Shown here: positions 59,511-63,049 of the stretch, in pieces | How the letters are laid out: every line of letters begins with the position of its first letter | How positions within the stretch are numbered: the stretch's first letter is position 1 | DNA from: Clostridiales bacterium | GTDB taxonomy: Bacteria > Bacillota > Clostridia > Acetivibrionales > DTU013 | Assembly (NCBI GenBank): GCA_035378685.1 | Contig: DAOSUL010000001.1 | Span: 1 to 63,049 of the forward strand | Reading direction: 5' to 3' | Length of the DNA stretch: 63,049 nucleotides | Program-made: the position numbers and the translations under genes | Notes under the pieces: model-generated | The model's database searches: none | The model's input: the letters and a program-made list of their open reading frames with translations, nothing else | What the model was told of the DNA's origin: nothing

Positions 59511-59936
59511 TCATCGTATATCCTGGCACTCCCTGTGCCGGTCTATCATATCGATCGCTTCATCGATGAACTGGAGAAGAGTCATGTCCTTTGTCCCCGC
59601 TACCTGTATGCAGCATCTGTTCATCGGTATGAGTACTTTCAGCGCCGGGCTGCCGGCAATGGCTGCCGCCATGGCAGGCGAAAGCTCCCCCAGCATCGAG
59701 TTGGCCGCAAGTATTCCTATAACGCCGATTATAACATCCACCCTTCCCGCATTGTAAACTATCGCATTCTCACCGGTAGCGCCTTCATCGGCTCCGGCCT
59801 TCAGCATGGCCGACGTGGCAAGCGCATTGGTGCCAAGGGCAATTACGCTCACCGAATCGGCGTACCTGCTCCTGAGCCTTTCAACGATCGCCTTTCCTAT
59901 TCCTCCACCCTGGCCGTCCACAACTGCGATTTTCAT
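59511..59936 (-). CDS. DUF3842-family protein
   Basis: 141 aa. MKIAVVDGQGGGIGKAIVERL ... pattern matches the clostridial DUF3842 family as I recall it. Confidence 0.6.
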   Translation of the reverse strand: MKIAVVDGQGGGIGKAIVERLRSRYADSVSVIALGTNALATSAMLKAGADEGATGENAIVYNAGRVDVIIGVIGILAANSMLGELSPAMAAAIAGSPALKVLIPMNRCCIQVAGTKDMTLLQFIDEAIDMIDRHRECQDIR

Positions 59937-60084
59937 AATAAGCTCACACCTCCCGGACCCTATCTGTCATCACGCCAGCCTGCCGCAGGGAAAAACCCGT
60001 CCCAGCCTCAAACCCAAAAGGAATATGTCCGTACCGGAATCAAAATGACGGTACCAATGCTTCCTTTTCCATGAGCATGTAATA

Positions 60085-61926
60085 CTATACCCTTCCGTAC
60101 TCTTCCAGCTTCCTTGCCGTCTCTTCCGACGGTGTTTCAGTATATGTACCGTTCTCGTTTATGAAGCGGCCTGTTATCACAGGAATCTGCTTCTGCAATC
60201 CGGAGATATAGTTGAAATAGTTGCCGCCGCTCAAGCCGACGTATTTCAGCAGTTCAGCGCCAAGGTAATTGGAGCTGATCACAGGTGCTTCGCCCCTGGG
60301 CACCGTAATGCCCGATTCGCTCAGAAGCGCCTCTGCCGCATCATTGCACAGGATAAAGTACGGCGTCCCGTAGTGGTTCAGGTACTCCTCCAGCGTTCCT
60401 TCCTGGCTAATGTTGTATCCAAGCGCCCTGTAGCCGAGGTAGTCCTCTCCCAGATAGGGCAGGTGATCTGAAAAATACAGAAATACGATGGGCTCGTCCA
60501 TTTCAAGGATCGTGTCAACGAAATATCCCAGAGCCCTGTCGCAGCGCATCACGCCGTAAAGGTAGTTGTTGACGATGTTGTAGGCAGCCTCATCCATACC
60601 TTCCACGGGTTCGAGTATCCTTGGATGACCCAGGTCATCTTTGGGGTAAGGCCCGTGGTTTTCAATATTGACTATAAATTCAAAAACAGGCTTGTCAGGC
60701 GTTTCCTCCAGCTGTTCCCTGAACCTGTCGAGAGCGAACCGGGCGGCATCCTTGTCAGAAACGAACTTACCGCCTACTATCTCGACATTTTCCAGATCCA
60801 TGTCCTTTTTGAAAAACTGCCTGTCAAACCCGAAGAACCGGTAGACATTCACCCTGTTGTAAAACCAGTCGTCTCCGGGATGGAACGCAATGGTGGCGTA
60901 TCCCTTCCCTTTAAGCACCCTGGCAATAGAATGCGTATTGTGCCTTATATAGAAAGAATATGGGCTTGCCATCTGGGGCATTATTGCCAGCGAATGCCCT
61001 GTAAGGAACGAAAACTCGGTGTTCGAGGTACCTCCTCCGAATACCGTCGTAATGATCCTGCCTGAATAAGCCTGCTTTTTTATCCTTTTGAAGTTCTCCA
61101 GCGGATCATACCCCTCAGCGAACCTGATGCCGGGTATGCGGTCCACATCATAGAAGGCTTCGCCCATAACGGCTATGATATGCGGCAATCTGCCCTTGAT
61201 CCTGTCTCCGCCGGGCTCGCCGTACTGCGTCAGGATCCTCTCTGCCTCCTCCTTGCTGTAGCCCTTCTGCCTGATCGATTTGAAGGTGGCCGCACGGTAT
61301 GTGAATGAATAAGTGAACCCCATGTTTTTATAAAGATTCACACGGGAATACCTGGAGCCTGACGTCAGCCTGAAACTGTCATACAGTTCGGAACTTTTGT
61401 AGACCGTCAGGAAAGCAGCAGTGAACACGGCTGCACATATTACCGCACCGGCTGCCCTCACCGTCCATCTGTATCTTCCCGACTTAACGAAAAAGAACAG
61501 AAGCAGCGTCACTATGAGCCAAACCGCAACGCTCGCGTAAATTATCGGGCTGAAGGGCAGTTCCGATATCTTGATAACATCTGTCGCTTCCGCTCTCAGA
61601 AGGATGTCCTGCAGGATGAAGGGTTCCTGCCTCAGCTGCATCATGAAACGGTTCACTATGTGCATGAGGATGTATATTCCCCCTCCGATCCCGAATGCGA
61701 GCCAGTGCCTGGAAAAGACGTGGAACAGGACGCCGAGCAGCAGCAAAACCGGCAAAAGGTTGAGCAGATAAAGCAGAGGCTGCTGTGTATATCTTCTGAT
61801 GTTGGTCATATCAGCAACGTCCGACAGCACTATGCCGATCAGCGACAACCCTGCAGACAGCGCCAGAAGAATGGCCAGATCGAGTAAGTACTTGTTTATG
61901 GAGATATAAAATCTTTTTGTTTTCAA
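60085..61926 (-). CDS. LTA synthase family protein (sulfatase-domain phosphoglycerol transferase, LtaS-like)
   Basis: 613 aa with about five N-terminal TM helices and an extracytoplasmic sulfatase-like domain (GGTSNTEFSFLTG, FHPG, DHLP). Confidence 0.75.
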   Translation of the reverse strand: MKTKRFYISINKYLLDLAILLALSAGLSLIGIVLSDVADMTNIRRYTQQPLLYLLNLLPVLLLLGVLFHVFSRHWLAFGIGGGIYILMHIVNRFMMQLRQEPFILQDILLRAEATDVIKISELPFSPIIYASVAVWLIVTLLLFFFVKSGRYRWTVRAAGAVICAAVFTAAFLTVYKSSELYDSFRLTSGSRYSRVNLYKNMGFTYSFTYRAATFKSIRQKGYSKEEAERILTQYGEPGGDRIKGRLPHIIAVMGEAFYDVDRIPGIRFAEGYDPLENFKRIKKQAYSGRIITTVFGGGTSNTEFSFLTGHSLAIMPQMASPYSFYIRHNTHSIARVLKGKGYATIAFHPGDDWFYNRVNVYRFFGFDRQFFKKDMDLENVEIVGGKFVSDKDAARFALDRFREQLEETPDKPVFEFIVNIENHGPYPKDDLGHPRILEPVEGMDEAAYNIVNNYLYGVMRCDRALGYFVDTILEMDEPIVFLYFSDHLPYLGEDYLGYRALGYNISQEGTLEEYLNHYGTPYFILCNDAAEALLSESGITVPRGEAPVISSNYLGAELLKYVGLSGGNYFNYISGLQKQIPVITGRFINENGTYTETPSEETARKLEEYGRV

Positions 61927-62023
61927 AACGCGTCCTCCTGTTTGCCCAAAGCGGGATAATCATATCGGTTTTCATTATATATATCATTATATCAGCAACA
62001 TACGTCCACACAAGGATAACGGG

Positions 62024-63049
62024 TCAGGCATTCAGTTCCCCTGCCCTGTCCAGGGACGCCTTTGTTATAGCAGGGCCTGTCAGTTCATATATCAATGTCG
62101 CGCTCAGTATCACCGCCCGTATGATCCGGGCGTAGTCCGGCACAAGCTGCGCAGCCAGCAATGAAAGACCTATCGCCACCCCGGCCTGTGGGACAAGTGA
62201 GAAACCTATGTACTTTCTGACTGCTTCGGGAGCTTTCATTATGGCTGCGCCAAGGGATGCACCTGCAATTTTCCCGACAACACGGAAAATAATATAAATT
62301 ATCCCGATAAGTCCTACCTGCGGCAGGACAGTGATGTCAAGCTCCATACCCGAAACTACAAAAAACATGAGGAATATTGGAGGTGTCACTGTGTCTGCCA
62401 GTTTCAGTATCGAGTTGGCATCACTGCTCACGTTCACAAGCGTTGCACTCATTGCCATGCACAGGAGCAGCGGAGACAGTCCCAGCATCGATGCAAGCGA
62501 ACTGCCGAGGAATATAAAAGCGCAAGTGATAATAAGGCGATTCGAGTCTTTTTTGAAGTATCGCAGGGGGATCTTGAACATGAGCCCGAGTAAAAATCCC
62601 AGGAGCAGAGAACCGAGGATCTCGCCGACCGGTTTGAGGATCGCCAGGATCAGGGAAGTCTCTCCCGGGTTTTGCATCATGTTCACGATGGCCACAGCGA
62701 ACCCGAAGGCTATGAGCGCTACAGCGTCATCGAGCGCCACAACGCTGAGCAGTGTCTCAGTGACAGGTCCCTTTGCCCTGTATTGCCTGATGACCATAAT
62801 GGTCGCCGCCGGTGCAGTAGCAGATGCAATGGCGCCGAGCAACAGCGCGAGCTCGATATCATAGCCGAACAGCACGAGAGCCAGCGCAACCACGACAGAT
62901 GCAGCCAGTCCCTCTAATACAGCAATCACGACAGGCATGGGTCCGACTTTTTTCAGATATGTAAGCTTGAATTCCGAGCCTATGGAAAATGCAATGAATG
63001 CAAGTGCCATCTCGGAAACCACTTCAAGTCCTTTGACAGTATCCGCCGG
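62024..63049 (-). CDS. Cation:proton antiporter (CPA family), 5-prime partial at the window edge
   Basis: Polytopic membrane protein. The reading frame stays open upstream of the ORF-track start to nt 63049, so the N-terminus lies outside the window. Confidence 0.75.
   Translation of the reverse strand, partial: PADTVKGLEVVSEMALAFIAFSIGSEFKLTYLKKVGPMPVVIAVLEGLAASVVVALALVLFGYDIELALLLGAIASATAPAATIMVIRQYRAKGPVTETLLSVVALDDAVALIAFGFAVAIVNMMQNPGETSLILAILKPVGEILGSLLLGFLLGLMFKIPLRYFKKDSNRLIITCAFIFLGSSLASMLGLSPLLLCMAMSATLVNVSSDANSILKLADTVTPPIFLMFFVVSGMELDITVLPQVGLIGIIYIIFRVVGKIAGASLGAAIMKAPEAVRKYIGFSLVPQAGVAIGLSLLAAQLVPDYARIIRAVILSATLIYELTGPAITKASLDRAGELNA

Overview
This 63-kb window is a core chromosomal segment of a spore-forming, PolC-type Firmicute, apparently class Clostridia, at roughly 50% GC by eye. 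About 52 of the 56 genes I call are on the minus strand.

Gene content in coordinate order:
- Lytic transglycosylase, coaE and polA.
- An ECF sigma / anti-sigma pair.
- A dcw cell-wall cluster. Read along the minus strand it runs mraZ-rsmH-ftsL-PBP-murE-murF-mraY-ftsW and ends in a truncated murA.
- A second SEDS gene, lgt and an M16 peptidase pair.
- A small accessory patch: MFS transporter, VanW-like protein, half-size EamA transporter and a PLP decarboxylase.
- A MacAB-type efflux operon carrying an embedded Yip1-domain gene.
- The block rimP-nusA-ylxR-ylxQ-infB-rbfA-nrnA-truB-ribF, then polC.
- ispG-rseP-dxr-cdsA-uppS and frr-pyrH-tsf-rpsB.
- A T-box-controlled trpB-trpA-trpD-trpC-trpF operon with no trpE/trpG in the window.
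- An uninterrupted sigK, a DUF3842 gene, an LtaS-like gene and a partial cation/proton antiporter.

I saw no tRNA, rRNA, CRISPR array, transposase, integrase or obvious defence genes.

The most unusual signal is non-coding. A GC-rich imperfect-palindromic element of 234-236 nt occurs three times, at 6119-6352, 26917-27152 and (inverted) 53392-53626. Its 104-nt core is near-identical between copies. The outer arms have diverged in sequence but still pair, including a matched 3-nt insertion on both arms of copy 3. I cannot place it in any RNA or MITE family I know.

Secondary oddities:
- murA is cut off exactly after the catalytic-Cys motif, next to repeat copy 1.
- A 550-nt purine-rich non-coding spacer lies inside the dcw operon between rsmH and ftsL.
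- TrpD has altered PRPP-binding motifs.
- A 64-aa standalone PASTA-like ORF lies between frr and uppS.

All protein calls come from reading the ORF translations against remembered family motifs. No database search was run.
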